NCBI RefSeq assembly: GCF_001194135.2
Contig: NC_068999.1
Coordinates: 6,808,559-6,853,336, forward strand
Direction of reading: 5' to 3'
Source of the DNA: Octopus bimaculoides
Taxonomy: Eukaryota
DNA length: 44,778 nt
Positions 1 through 13,033 of the stretch are shown here, one piece after another. The position numbers and the translations under genes are program-made. The first letter of the stretch is position 1, and each line of letters begins with the position of its first letter. The notes beneath the pieces are model-generated. The model saw only the letters and a list, made by a program, of their open reading frames with translations, did not search any database and had not been told where the DNA came from.

Positions 1-77
1 ACACACACACATACATATCCACCTAAAATTGTATGGTCGGGAAGCAAGCTACTTACCCATGCAGCCATGCCTACACC

Positions 78-110
<33 letters not shown>

Positions 111-112
111 GT

Positions 113-325
113 AAGGCTGTGAGCTAACAATCGTAATGACGCCGGGCAGAAATGTTTAGAATGTCGTCTGTCTTTAGGTCCTGAGTTCAAATGCCACCAA
201 GGTCGACTTTGCCTTTCATCCTTTTGGGGTTGATAAATTAAGTACCAGTGAAACACTGGGGTCGATGTAATTAACTAGTCCCCCTCCCCCAAATTTCAGG
301 CCTTCTGCCTATAGTAGAAAGGATT
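113..325 (+). mobile_element. tRNA-derived SINE family A (GGCGGYGAGCTGGCAGAA...GAGTTCAAAT...GGTCGACTTTGCCTTTCATCC)
   Basis: A/B-box-like head; many copies in the window (e.g. 3715-3915, 27093-27215, 34805-35048, 37685-37805, 41470-41678). Confidence 0.85.
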
Positions 326-715
326 ATTGTATAAATATGTGTGTGTGTGTGTGTGTGTGTGGAGGAACATGGTTTAATGGTTAGAGTATTTGGTCTATGA
401 TCGTATGATCATGAGTTCGATTTCTGACGGCAACATTGTGTCCTCAACCAAGACACTTTATTCCATGTTGCCCCAGTCCACTCATTTGGCCCAAATGAGT
501 AGTACTTGTATTTCAAAGGGCCAGTCTTGTCACGTTCTGTGTCATGCTGAATCTCCCTGATGTTAAGGGTTTTTGTGTCTGTGGAGTGCTCAGCCACTTG
601 CACGTTAATTTCATGAGCAAACTGTTCCGTTGATTGGATCAACTGGAATCCGTGTCATTGTAACCAAAGTAGTGCCAATCAGATAAATATGTGTGTGTGT
701 GTGTCTGTGTGTATA

Positions 716-1015
716 GGCACAGATGTGGGTGTGTGGTAAGAAGTTTGCTTCCCAAATCTCAGGTTTCAGGTTCAGTCCCACTGCATGGCACCTTGGGCAA
801 GTGTCTAATTCAACTACAGCCCTGTGCTGACCAAAGCCTTGTAAATGGATCTGGTAGAGAAAAATTGAAAGAAGCCCATTGTGAGTGAGTGAGAGTGTAT
901 GTGCGTTTCTGCTTGTCCCCCACCACCACTTGACAACTAGTGTTGGTCTGTTTACGTCCCTGTAACTTTGTGGTTCGGTATAAAAGACCACTAGAATAAG
1001 AACCAGGCTTTAAAA

Positions 1016-1046
<31 letters not shown>

Positions 1047-1130
1047 ATAGTTCCTGGGGTCGATTCATTCATTCAACTAAAGACACTTCCAGCTGCCAGT
1101 CCGATGACCGAACCAAGTAAGAGATAGAAA
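716..1130 (+). mobile_element. CORE-type tRNA SINE family B
   Basis: gtgtggtaagaag...ggttcagtcccactg...caccttgggcaagtg; other copies at 3999-4350, 4912-5235, 17140-17530, 39040-39220 and 43010-43120. Confidence 0.85.
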
Positions 1131-1550
1131 AATAAAAGAAGACGTATTTGCAATAGATTTATGATATCAATCCGATGTCACTGTTTTCACAAGCAATTTC
1201 ATACAGAATCACAGCCAACTGCATTAAACAGGAGCTAAGTGCTATTCAACGACAACAACAGCAGCAGTCACCACACATAACTGCAATTCAGAAGAGATTT
1301 TCACCCTGTGATTCAACCAACACCAATCAGATGCACTTCTCACACGATGCATATATTTGCGATCCATTGACTGTGCTTTAAGAACCACACCATCTGTCTG
1401 CTTTACTTTAATTGCAACTGCCTTGCAGGCAACACTTCTCTTTCCTCTCCATCCGTCCATTTATCTATCTATCTATCTATCTATCTATTGAGCTAGCTAG
1501 CCTTCCTTTCTCCCTTTCCTTTGACACTGCTCTCCAGCAATATAATTTAC

Positions 1551-1571
1551 CTGCTGCAAGATGTATTACTC
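1551..1571 (-). CDS. Candidate 21-nt microexon GAGTAATACATCTTGCAGCAG
   Basis: tctttcag acceptor, CAG|GTAAAT donor, length divisible by 3. Confidence 0.3.
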
Positions 1572-1603
1572 CTGAAAGATTTACGCTGTGGTTTGTTCTG
1601 ACA

Positions 1604-1638
<35 letters not shown>

Positions 1639-1879
1639 GTGGCATGAAGAATAAATGATGTCATCTTTGGAGATGTCTCTTTACCATTGTCTTTTTTTTT
1701 AATTCATTTACAGGTTTCAGTCATTGGACTACGGCCATACTGGGGCATTGCCTTGATCCCAGTTAACTTATTTTTAAACCTGGCACTTATTCCATCAGTC
1801 TCTTTTTGCTGAATTGGTAGGTTAAAAGGATGTAAAGAAACCAACATTGATCGGCAAGCAAACGAGGAGAGGGGGGGGC

Positions 1880-2100
1880 GAACAACCACAAAGAGACATA
1901 CAAACATATGCAGATATACACATACATGTACACACACACACACAAATATATGCAGACATACACATACATGTATACACACACAAATACATGAAAACATACA
2001 CATACATGTATACACACACAAATACATGAAGACATATACATACATGTATACACACACAAACATGTGTAGCCATATGCATACATGTACACACACACACGTA
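1880..2100. repeat. Compound (CA/TA) microsatellite with a ~28-30-bp higher-order unit
   Basis: atacacatacatgtatacacacacaaat repeated. Confidence 0.85.
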
Positions 2101-3090
2101 CACAATAGGCTTCCCCACAGTTTCCATCTACCAAATTCACTCACAAAGCATTGGTTGGCCAGGTTTATGTATGTGGTTGCAAAGCAGGTTTCTTAACCAC
2201 ACTGTAATGACTGTGCCTCATTTGGAAGGGGGTGGCGTGGCAGTAAGGAAATAGGGGACTGTTATATTCAGTGTGAAGGCCTTAAAGTGTTGACCAAACC
2301 CCAGAAAGTCGAGTCCACATCACAGACTCTCAAGTCCCAGCCAAGCTGTTTCACTTCATCTACCCTCTGTCATTTTAGTCTCCAGTTTTACAGCATTAAG
2401 TAAATCAAAGATAAACCTCCTACCTGGATAATCTGCTACTAGTCGACAGCGGAGAGACACAGGTGGTATTCTTAGATAGATGTGACAGCTGTTTCTGATA
2501 AAATTAGTGCCCCAAATAACAGAATGAAACACCAACAACACATATTTGAACACAAAACCTATGAGAAGCCGTTTGTCCAAAAAGAGGTCTTCAAAGAAAC
2601 GCCACTTATGTCTCTTACTACAGACTGGTATCCAGATGGTTGTTTCTCCGTATGGATAGAAATTACAGGTGAAAGAGATAAATGAGGTCAAACAGCAAGG
2701 CTGGTAAATGAACTGAAGAGCTGGCTAACACCTCAAATACCTATACGGCAACAAGTAAGGGTTGGCTACACAAAGGGCATCTGGCCTAGAAAATCCACCT
2801 TAACAAATTCCATCCAACCCACACAAGCAGGGAAAAGTGGATGTTAAAAATGATGATTTTTTAAAAATTGCTTGAAGGTTTGCAATCTTTAATTCTCCAT
2901 TGGTAAACAAAGACATTTTTGATGGTCTTTTATAATATTTAGATATATTTCTTTTTTTTTTATAGTTGTTTACTTTGTAGCTTATTAATAAAAACAACCT
3001 CATTTTATATCAGTTAAAAACTTCACAAACTGCATTAAATTTCTTGTTAAAGAAAGAAAGGAAGAAAGGAAAAGCAATAACACCATTTAC

Positions 3091-3146
3091 CTCTTTGGCA
3101 TCACAAAATCATAACGACCCAGCCTTTCAAGAGTCACAGAGGAATT
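3091..3146 (-). CDS. Candidate 56-nt exon NSSVTLERLGRYDFVMPK(R/S)
   Basis: Long pyrimidine tract ttttctttttgttttccctccacgtttgaaattctcag, AG|GTAAAT donor, only the phase-0 frame is open. Confidence 0.45.
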
Positions 3147-4403
3147 CTGAGAATTTCAAACGTGGAGGGAAAACAAAAAGAAAATCTTCATGACTTTGCC
3201 TTGTCGACAACAACAACCGTTCCTTTAGCATATCATTAACATCTTACTTATCAGCTTACTTAAGGAATTCTTGATGGCGTGGGGGAGGGGAGCAGAGAAG
3301 ACAAGCGTATTCTTATAAACTAAAGACAGCATAGCAGACTGTGTGTATAGTCTAAAGCAACAGGAATTACAAAGTATATTCTAGGTCAATGGTTCTCAAC
3401 CATTTTTTTTACCTATGGACTGCTTTGATTATGATTTATTCTGATGGACTTCCATTCCATAGCCATTCAATGTTTAAAAACTAATTTTGTGTAAACACCA
3501 ACAACAAGATTTCAGATATTTCTAAAAGAGATGAACCAACTAAAGAACCTTCATGATCATGGCCAAAGCCCTGTTGATCATAAGTGTGACCAGTGTGAAC
3601 TGACCAAGGGCTAAATAACATTCAATCAGAAACATAGGTGGAGCTATTATAATTCAATAAGTACACACACTGAGCCATGCGCCTTCACCAAACAAAAGGG
3701 GATTAGGGTGCTTAAAACAACCCGAAGGCCCACAAAAATGCTTAGCAGCATTTCGTCTGTTTTTATGCAGAGTTCAAATCCCACTGAGGTCGATTTTGCC
3801 TTTTGTCCTAGGGGTGTGGGTGGGGATAAAATAAGTACCAGTTGAGCACTGTGGTCAATGTAATCAACTTACCCCCTCCCCCAAGCTTGCTGGCCTTGTG
3901 CCAAAATTTGAAACCATTACATATATTGTGTACTCTCAATCAATATAGGAAATGGACAATTAATTTCATTACAGAAGAGTTCAGGGTTTTCAGAATCAGA
4001 AAAGCTTGCTTCCCAACCACATGGTTCCGGGTTCAGTCCCACTGCGCAGCACCTCGGGCAAGTGTCTTCTACAATAGCCTTGGGCCAACCAAAGCCTTGT
4101 GAATAGATTTGGTAGGAGGAAACTGAAAGAAACCCGTCGTATGTGTGTGTTTGTATTTGTCCCCCTATCAGTGCTTGACAACCGGTGTTGGTGTGTTTAT
4201 GCCCCCCCCCCCGGAACATAGCAATTTGGCAAAAGGCAACTGATAGAATAAGTACTAAGCTTAAAAAATAAGTCCTGGGTTGATTTGTTTGACTAAAGTG
4301 CTTCAAGGCAGTGCTCCAGCACGGCCGCACTCATATGACAAACAAAACAAAAAAATAAATCAAGGAGATGGAATCGAAGAGTTTTGGGTACAAGAGTCCT
4401 GCA

Positions 4404-4776
4404 TTAACTCTTCTGATACCAACCTGGCTGAAACCGCCTCTGGCTCTGTAGTACAAATAACTAAGTTATTTTACTAAATTCTTTGTGATATTCAAAATTA
4501 ATTGAAAGAAACACAGAGATTCTCAACAGAAATATGGAAACGAAAGAGTTAAAGTCACCATATTTTTAACCATTTTGATACCAACCCATCTGAAAGCACC
4601 TCTGGCTCTGTAGTACGTCTTGTTTTCAAAAGTTTTGAATTAAAATCTTCCACCAAACCTTAGCCACAATTTATGTTCCTAACACTAGCTTATTTTACTA
4701 AATTCTTTGTTATATTCAAAATTAATATAAAGAAGCACAAAGCATCTCAACAGAAATATAGAAACGAAAGGGTTAA
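4404..4776. mobile_element. Two tandem piggyBac-type MITEs (4404-4552 internally deleted; 4566-4776)
   Basis: Each is bounded by TTAA with ccctttcg-like and cgaaaggg ends; the two copies share internal sequence. Confidence 0.7.
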
Positions 4777-5279
4777 ACATTATGGCCTCGGTCACTCCAA
4801 CGACTATAACCAGTAAAAAGAAATGGTAAATGGAATTATGAAACCATAGTGACATCTGCATCATTGGGTGAGAAACAGTGTAAAATAATGGAACAAACAA
4901 ATACGTCCATTGGTGTGGCTGCGTGGATACAAATGGCTTTACAACCACTTGGTTTCAGGTTCAGTTCCAATATGTGGCTTTTTAGGCATGTCTTCTACTA
5001 CAGCCTCAGGCCGACACAATACCTTGTAAGTTTATCTGGTAGCCTGCTGTGAGTGTGTGTATGCGAGTATGTTGACAACCGCTGTTGGTTTGTTCACGTT
5101 CCCGAAACTTAGCGGTTCAGCAAATGAGATCCGATAGAATAAGTGCCAGACTTTAAAAACAAATAAATACTGGGGTCTATTATTTTTGAATAACCCCTTC
5201 AAGGCGATGCCCCAGCATGGCCACAGTTCTGAAGTAACACGAGCATTTCGCGCACACATACACGAAATTTACCATACAA

Positions 5280-5310
<31 letters not shown>

Positions 5311-5694
5311 GCTTTATGAGTTTTCTGCTTTAAAGATATATAACATGAAAGCGCTTCGTCATGGATCGCGTGGGCAAAGCGACGTGCGTGAACGACAAAG
5401 AGAATAAAAAAACGTCATGAAATTAAACTCAAATACTCCACCCTCGCCCAATAATAACGAATAACGTTGACACAAGACAAGTTCTCGGTTTATTGAGTAG
5501 AAGAAACATCAGATTAAACCCCACCCCCATGTGCCATCGCTAGCACTTGACTGATCTAGTTAGTTGTGTGTTGTGCTAGCAAACCGTATATTCGTTTGTT
5601 GTTTAGATCTTAATTCCACCGATTTTTATCGTAACTTCAACAGGAATTACATCGACGTTGCTATGAAGTGCGCTCATTAATAATAATCGTGTCT

Positions 5695-6090
5695 ACTAAA
5701 TAGGCACACAAGACTTGAAATTTGGAAGGAGGAGACAAGTCGATCACATCGACCCCTTTCTACTATAGGCACAAGGCCTGAAACTTTTGGAGGAGAGGAT
5801 AAGTCTAATATATCGACCCCGAGTACTCAACTGGTACTTATTTTATCGACCTCGAAAGAACGAAAGGCAAAGTCAACCTCGGCAGAATTTGAACTCAAAA
5901 CATAAGGACGGACGAAATGCCGTTAAGCATTTTATCCGGTGTGTTAACGATTCTGCCAGCTCAATCCTTTCTACCAATAGGCACAAGGCCTGAAATTTGG
6001 GGGGTGGGTTTTTTTTTCGATTATATAGACTTTAGTGCTTACTCAATTGGTTTTAATTTTATCGACCGCACTCAGGGGGTCGATAGTAAA
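5695..6090 (-). mobile_element. Stack of family A SINE copies and tails
   Basis: Three ctactataggcacaaggcctgaaa-like tails; head at 5880-5965. Confidence 0.8.
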
Positions 6091-7357
6091 ATCGATCTCA
6101 AGTTCACAACGAGAAACAATCATAATTTCTTGACCATTCCAATGAATTCTGTGGCCTTATTGACACTTAATGCGTTTAGTGTGAGAAACTTAAGGCCTGC
6201 CCTATACTTAGAAATAAGAACCTTCCAAAATGCACAAGCCGTAGAAACAGCAATGTGCCCTGCTTGGATGCATTGTAAAACTACCAAAACCACACACACA
6301 CACAAACACACACGAGNNNNNNNNNNNNNNNNNNNNNNNNNNNNNNNNNNNNNNNNNNNNNNNNNNNNNNNNNNNNNNNNNNNNNNNNNNNNNNNNNNNN
6401 NNNNNNNNNNGGTTTTTTTTGGGGGGGGGGTATCTGTAAGCTACATGGATGAGAAATGAACAAGGGTTAGGTGTGTTGGTTAACACGCCACCATCACACC
6501 CAGTCGACATGTGACCAAAAACCATTCCAGCGGTGGCCATCCCCTCGCTTTACTGTGTTTTTTTTTTTATTTCAAAACAACACAAATACCTTATGAATAA
6601 ATTAGGTAGACAAACGCTTGTGTGAAAGCCCATCGCAGGCGCGCGCGCGTGTGGGTGGGTGTTCCCCTCCCGCCACCGCGCTTGACAACTGATGCTGGTT
6701 TGTTGGCGTCCCCGTAACTTAGCGGTTCGGCAACAGGGACCGATATAATATGTATCAGACTTTTAAAAAAAATAACTACTGAAGTCGACTTGTTTGACTA
6801 AAATCTTTTTCAAGCTGGTGCCCCAGTATGGCCGCAGTCCAATGACTGAAACTAGTTTTTAAAAATATATAATGATAGAAAGATAATCCGATATCGTTTT
6901 GAAACAAGGTATGGTTTGAAGGAGATTTGGCTGCTATTTCTAGCATACCGAATATCCACTTAGTAACATCCCGATGCTCAGTTTGAAGAAGAGCAACAGA
7001 TTGATGCAAAGGCATTCATTCGATGCCTTGCAAAATTAGTGTGTGTGTGTGTGTAAAAATTGATCCACTTTTACACATTCCTCGACGATTTAATCGTAGG
7101 TAAGGTAGAGCGGATTATCGATTCCATCGAACTATAAAACCGATCAATTACCATCGCACGTTATCCACACGGCGGTCTTGTTCCACACCGCAACCTTTCT
7201 CGTGCATTCTCTTCTTACCTACACACAGACACACCTGTCTGAAATGGTAGAAATTTCCTTGCCTATGCTTATTGTTTTTCCAGGTAACTCGATCGCCACG
7301 ATGAACAAAAGCGACAACAAAATCGATTTCTTTAAACTAGGCCTCGTTTGGAGATTT

Positions 7358-7390
<33 letters not shown>

Positions 7391-7619
7391 ATATATATAT
7401 ATTGGCATAACTACAGGGTTTACCCCCCCCCCAGACTTTGGGAGGTCATAACTTTCAGAAAAATGAATATTTTTTAATGAAATTTTCTATGCATATAGTA
7501 TTTACTATGATATATATATATACACACACACTCACACATATTAGGAGAATAGTAACTTGTTATCTCTTATTCGGTTTTCTTAGTGTCTATTTTCATCTAA
7601 TGGTCATGAATGTTGGCTA

Positions 7620-8190
7620 ATGAATGACTGAAAGAGTAAAATCGCGAATACAAGCGGCCGAAATGGGATTCCTCCTCGACAGAGAGCGTAGCTCGGAGAT
7701 CAGAGTCTCTCAGGTCGAACCGCTATTTCTCTGCATTGTGAGGTCATAGCTCCGGTATAACGGACGTCGCAGGACAAGATCGCAAAACGGATTCTTAAAA
7801 CAGAGCCAAACCGGCAGGAAGCTGATGAGTAGACCAAGAGTGAGATGGTTGGATAATATCCATAGCCTTAGTTGATCACGTTTGAGAATTCAACCGGAAA
7901 GTATGACTCTTGTCCCATTCCCGAAACGGTGCGAGGAGAAAATAGATGGATAGGACAGTAATGAAGAATTCGTAACATTTCATGCTTCTTTTTTCCTTTC
8001 CTTCTTAGCCCCCCCCCCCCGCCTCCTTATCTGGCAGCTCTGGTGCAGCAAAACACCTGTTCAACGGCGCTTCAGTTATGACCGTTCCGTCAGAACCATA
8101 TTTGCCAGGTCAGACACTAGTGTAACCAGGACGAGAGCAAGCAGTGTATTCCCATTTTACGTAACGAGTGGGTTCGAATGAAAGTTGTCT
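7620..8190 (+). mobile_element. RTE-clade LINE 3' fragment (decayed ORF end plus 3' UTR)
   Basis: MTERVKSRIQAAEMGFL...QVEPL...LRYNG...IAKRILKTEP...SRPRVRWLDNI. Confidence 0.75.
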
Positions 8191-10230
8191 ATTAATTNNN
8201 NNNNNNNNNNNNNNNNNNNNNNNNNNNNNNNNNNNNNNNNNNNNNNNNNNNNNNNNNNNNNNNNNNNNNNNNNNNNNNNNNNNNNNNNNNNNNNNNNNNN
8301 NNNNNNNNNNNNNNNNNNNNNNNNNNNNNNNNNNNNNNNNNNNNNNNNNNNNNNNNNNNNNNNNNNNNNNNNNNNNNNNNNNNNNNNNNNNNNNNNNNNN
8401 NNNNNNNNNNNNNNNNNNNNNNNNNNNNNNNNNNNNNNNNNNNNNNNNNNNNNNNNNNNNNNNNNNNNNNNNNNNNNNNNNNNNNNNNNNNNNNNNNNNN
8501 NNNNNNNNNNNNNNNNNNNNNNNNNNNNNNNNNNNNNNNNNNNNNNNNNNNNNNNNNNNNNNNNNNNNNNNNNNNNNNNNNNNNNNNNNNNNNNNNNNNN
8601 NNNNNNNNNNNNNNNNNNNNNNNNNNNNNNNNNNNNNNNNNNNNNNNNNNNNNNNNNNNNNNNNNNNNNNNNNNNNNNNNNNNNNNNNNNNNNNNNNNNN
8701 NNNNNNNNNNNNNNNNNNNNNNNNNNNNNNGATAGAATAAGTACGAGGCTTTAAAAAAAAAAATAAAGTACTGGGGGTCGATTGGTTCAGCTAAAATTCT
8801 TCAAGGCGGTGCCCCAGCATGACCGCAGTCGAAAGACTGAAACAAGTTAAAGATTAAAAGATAAAAATTAAAATATAGGGGGGGGGGTCGATAAGCTATC
8901 AACAATTCCACAAAGAGGTCACCGAGATAAGAAATTTTGCCGACCCCTGCATTAAGCAATGTAGGCCAAAACTCTGCTAAAAGAAAAACCGGAATGGTCA
9001 GCACCGGAATAGCTTGGGTTAATCTGGCGCTTATACAACCGTACACACGTAAACATAGTAACAAACACACGAACGAATGAACGCATACATACTTTCGTGC
9101 ACACGAATGCAAACATACAGACACACACACACAGAGAGACACATATCCGAACGCCTACACACACACAAACGCCGTCGAGAAATATTTTCCCATCGACCAA
9201 AAATCCAAGAATGATGGATGTAGAGGAATGTTGGAGTAACAGGTGAAGGTCAGTGTGAGAGAGACAGAGAGGGAATAAGTTTAAATGCTTAGTCTTTATT
9301 TTGGGTCGACATTGCCTTTTCATATCGACAAGGGGTGTTTTAATGTGGGCACATCACCTGCTAGAAACAAGAGTCAAATCTTTCAAAATCACATTACAGT
9401 CTTTAAATTAAAAAAAAAAAAAGAAAAAAAAAGGAAGGACATATTACATAATGCTGTGATATCCCAGCAATATACATAGAGAGTAACAATGTTAGCCCAG
9501 CAACATTGGAAGACGGACGTTAAACAATGATGACGATATAACCTGGCACCTTGTTGTATTTAAGAAGACCCATACACCACAGAAGTGTTAAGGCCGCTGC
9601 CCCCTGGTGGGGAGGATTGGCCTGCAAGGGTCCTGTACTGGTGCCGTGTAAAAAACAGTCGTGGTGTCACATAAAAGCACCCAGCACACACTATAAAGTG
9701 GTTGGCATTAGGAAGGGCATCCAGTCATAGAAACCAAACCAAATCAGACTGGAGCCTGGTGCAGCTCTCCAGCTCTGATCAAATCCTCCAATCCATACCA
9801 GCATGGACAACGGACATTAAATGATAACACACACACACATGACAGGGTCCACTCACAAGGCTTTGGTTGGCTCACAGCTATAAAAAATGACACTTCCCTA
9901 GGGTGCCATGCAGTGGGACTGAATTTGAAACCTTGTGGTTGGGAAGATAACATCATAACCACACAGCCACACCTGCACCCATAAACAATCTATACATAAA
10001 TAAATAAATGCCACACAGAATTTCCATAAAGCTCATTTAAATGTCATTATGACAAAACAGAATTTTTCATTTCTTGACTCATTAATATCAGAACATTTAA
10101 CATTCTCTTAATTGTTTTGATTGATTACATTTTATACTTATATCACTCATGCATAAGCAATAAGCATGTATCGAGCTATAAGCTTAAAAATTCTTATAAT
10201 ACCAAGGTCGTTATCAATTGGCATTTTTTA

Positions 10231-11130
10231 TATCAGGTTATTAAGAATAAAATGTCCAATTTTGAACTGAAAGTTTATTTTACTTTATCTCAGCAAAAAG
10301 CAATGCAGTTAATCAAAGAATGCACCTATATTATCAACACATTTTGCCATTTTATTGGTAGCTTATTTATGCCAGCAGCGAAGAATTCTGGAGAGCAAGA
10401 GGTGATGAAATCACGAAAGGCTTTTTCGCATCTTCTTCAGATTTGAAGTTTTTTCTTTGCAAAATGTTATCTAATGCCTGGAAAACGTGACAATCAGTTG
10501 GTGCAAGGTCTGGTGAATATGGTGGATAACAGAGTACTTCCAAGTTCAGTTCCTGTAACTTGAGTAGCATTCTTTATGCTACATGTGGTTGAGTATTGTC
10601 TTGCAAGAGAATCGACCTGTCTCTATTAACCAATCTCGGTTGTTTAATTGCAAGTTCACTCATCATTTCATCCAATTGGTTGAGGTACACATCCGCTGTA
10701 ATTGACCTACCAGGTCTCATGAAGCTGCAGTGGATGTCACCAGCGCTTGACCACCAAACTGACACCATTAGCTATTTTTGGTGAATATTCTTCTTTGGAT
10801 TGTGTTTTGGTACTTTGTCTCTATCCAACCACCATGCAGAACGCTTGCTATTGTAGAAAAGAATCCATTTTTCATCACATCTAACAATATGATGCAAAAA
10901 TGGTTACTTTTATGCCGTGACAGCAAAGAACAGCAAGTTTCATGATGACATGTCATTTGACGCTCATTCAGTTCGTGTGGTACCCACTTGTCCAGCTTCT
11001 TTACCATGTCAATTTGTTTCAGATGGTCCAATACAGTTGGAATTGAAACATCAAACTTTGCTGCTAACTCATGTGTGGTTCAAGATGTATCCATTTCCAC
11101 TACAGTTTCCAGCTCATCATTATCCACCTT
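10231..11130 (-). mobile_element. Degraded mariner (DD34D-type) transposon, 5'-truncated
   Basis: Frameshifted pieces VDNDEL...HELAAKFDVSIPTVLDHL, LDKWVPHEL, LLQDNTQPH, YPPYSPDLAPTD and C-terminal GINKLPIKW...FFD*; TA followed by tatcaggtt TIR-like end at 10229-10240. Confidence 0.92.
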
Positions 11131-11337
11131 AGCCTCAAGCATGGGTTGGACGGTTTGACTGAGGACTGGCAAGCCAGGAGGCAGCACTGGGCTCCAATCT
11201 GATCTGGCAAGGTTTCTACAGCTGGATGCCCTTCTTACTACCAACTACTCTGAGAGTGTAGCAGGTACTTTTTGCATGCCACCGGCATGGGAGCCAGTCA
11301 GGGGGAACTGACATTCAAGCAGCACAATAATAATAAT

Positions 11338-11570
11338 CCCTGGCATTGGAAGTGAAACAAATCCATAAAACGGCCAAAGTGAGTGTGGTACCTATTGTGA
11401 TCGGTGCACTTGGGATCATCTCAGAAAGAGCAATATTCTGGTGTCAAAGCTGCAAATACTGAACTTCATAGGAAACATTCATTTGGCAAGCAATCCTTGG
11501 AACAGCTCAAGGAATGAGGAAAACGCTGCGTCTCTAAGCTGAGATGTGACATAGATAAATCAGAAGTGAA
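11338..11570 (+). mobile_element. 3' fragment of an R4/Dong-like (restriction-like endonuclease) non-LTR retrotransposon
   Basis: LALEVKQIHKTAKVSVVPIVIGALGII...QAILGTAQGMRKTLRL*; (AAT)n on both sides. Confidence 0.75.
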
Positions 11571-12054
11571 TAATAATAATAATAATAATAATAACAATCT
11601 TCAGGCAAAGTTTAATGATTAACCCATCTGTTTCTAACATACAAAAACAACAAAAATTTTGGCAAGAAACTCTTTAATTTAATGATAAGAAATGCATCTC
11701 TGAAACAAGACAATTCTATTTCGAAACACTGAAATTGCTAAGAGACTTTCCAGCTATATAAATAAGAAACTTAAATATAAACACATCTACCCCAACCTAT
11801 AAAAATTCAGCAATGTATGTGAAATGATCTGTGATAGCATTAAATAAGCAAACGACTTCAAGTAATAACTGCCTTCTATATTCATAGACTTTACAAACAC
11901 CATTGCTGCTCTCTTTCTTTCCATTCTCGTCCCTTTAGGTCTCTCAACCTCATTTATCATCATTCTACTACTATTCTTGTTATTGTCGCCAATACACCTA
12001 AGTTTGTTACCTTAGAATAAAACTTGTTTGAGAGATTGCATTGCATACATACAT

Positions 12055-12086
<32 letters not shown>

Positions 12087-12354
12087 TAAAACTTACTTGC
12101 AAATGGACGCGTAGCGTTCGATAATATAATACAAATGAAATATGAACATATGCATATCCGTGTACAGGCCGTCAAAAAACGTGGGCAAAAAAGGAACGGG
12201 AACATAAACAAAGCATAAAAAATAGACTTATTTTTACGGACAACAGAATGTGTGTGTGTGTGTAGATGGGGTTCAAACTCATGCTGTGTCCCCCTGAGGT
12301 ACATCTGCTTAATTCAGATGTTATACTTCTGTGAGGTCTGCATAATATTTTGTC

Positions 12355-12740
12355 GTATCTTTCACTTGTCTCAGTCATTTGACTGCGGCCATGCTGGGGC
12401 ACTGCCTTGAAGGATTTTAGCTGAACAAATTGACCCCAGCACCTTTTATTTTCTAAAGCCCAGTACTTATCAGGAACTTTTGTTGAACCGCTAAGTTACG
12501 GGTCATAAACACACCAGCACCAGTTATCAAGTAGTGGGTGGTGGGGAACACACACATAGATATATACATATATATACGACGGGCTTCTTTCAGTTTCTGT
12601 CTACCAAATCCACTCACGAGGCTTTAGTTGGCCAGAGGCAAAAGTAGAAGATACTTGCCCAAGGTGCCACGCAGTGGGACTGAACCCGGAACTGTGTGGT
12701 TGGAAAGCAAGCTTCTTACCACACAGTCACACCTGCGCCT
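12355..12740 (-). mobile_element. Full-length family B SINE
   Basis: Reverse complement of the family B consensus; similar copies at 29745-30102 and 41730-42100. Confidence 0.85.
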
Positions 12741-13033
12741 TATAAGGGTCGAAAATTTTGGAAAATACTTTTTAGCAGGATAATTACACATCAAAATAGG
12801 AGATTGGAAAAAAATGTTTGCCATGTATATGTGGAGGGGGGGTAGATAGATAGATAGATAGATATGCATCATTCTCTCTCCCTTTTTCTATATTATCGGT
12901 TTTTATTCTTTATTCTCCCTTCCAACTATCTTATAAGACTCCTAATAACTAACTATATATAAATGCTTCATCCGAGAGTAAATTTTATATTATTTGATTC
13001 TCTTGCTGAAGAATTTCCTAATAGATGTCTTAC

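Noticed and set aside
1704-2144. CVCV/YMYV-rich ORFs (also 8801-9323, 17136-17488, 21611-21994, 44332-44570)
   Set aside because: Dinucleotide microsatellite and SINE translations
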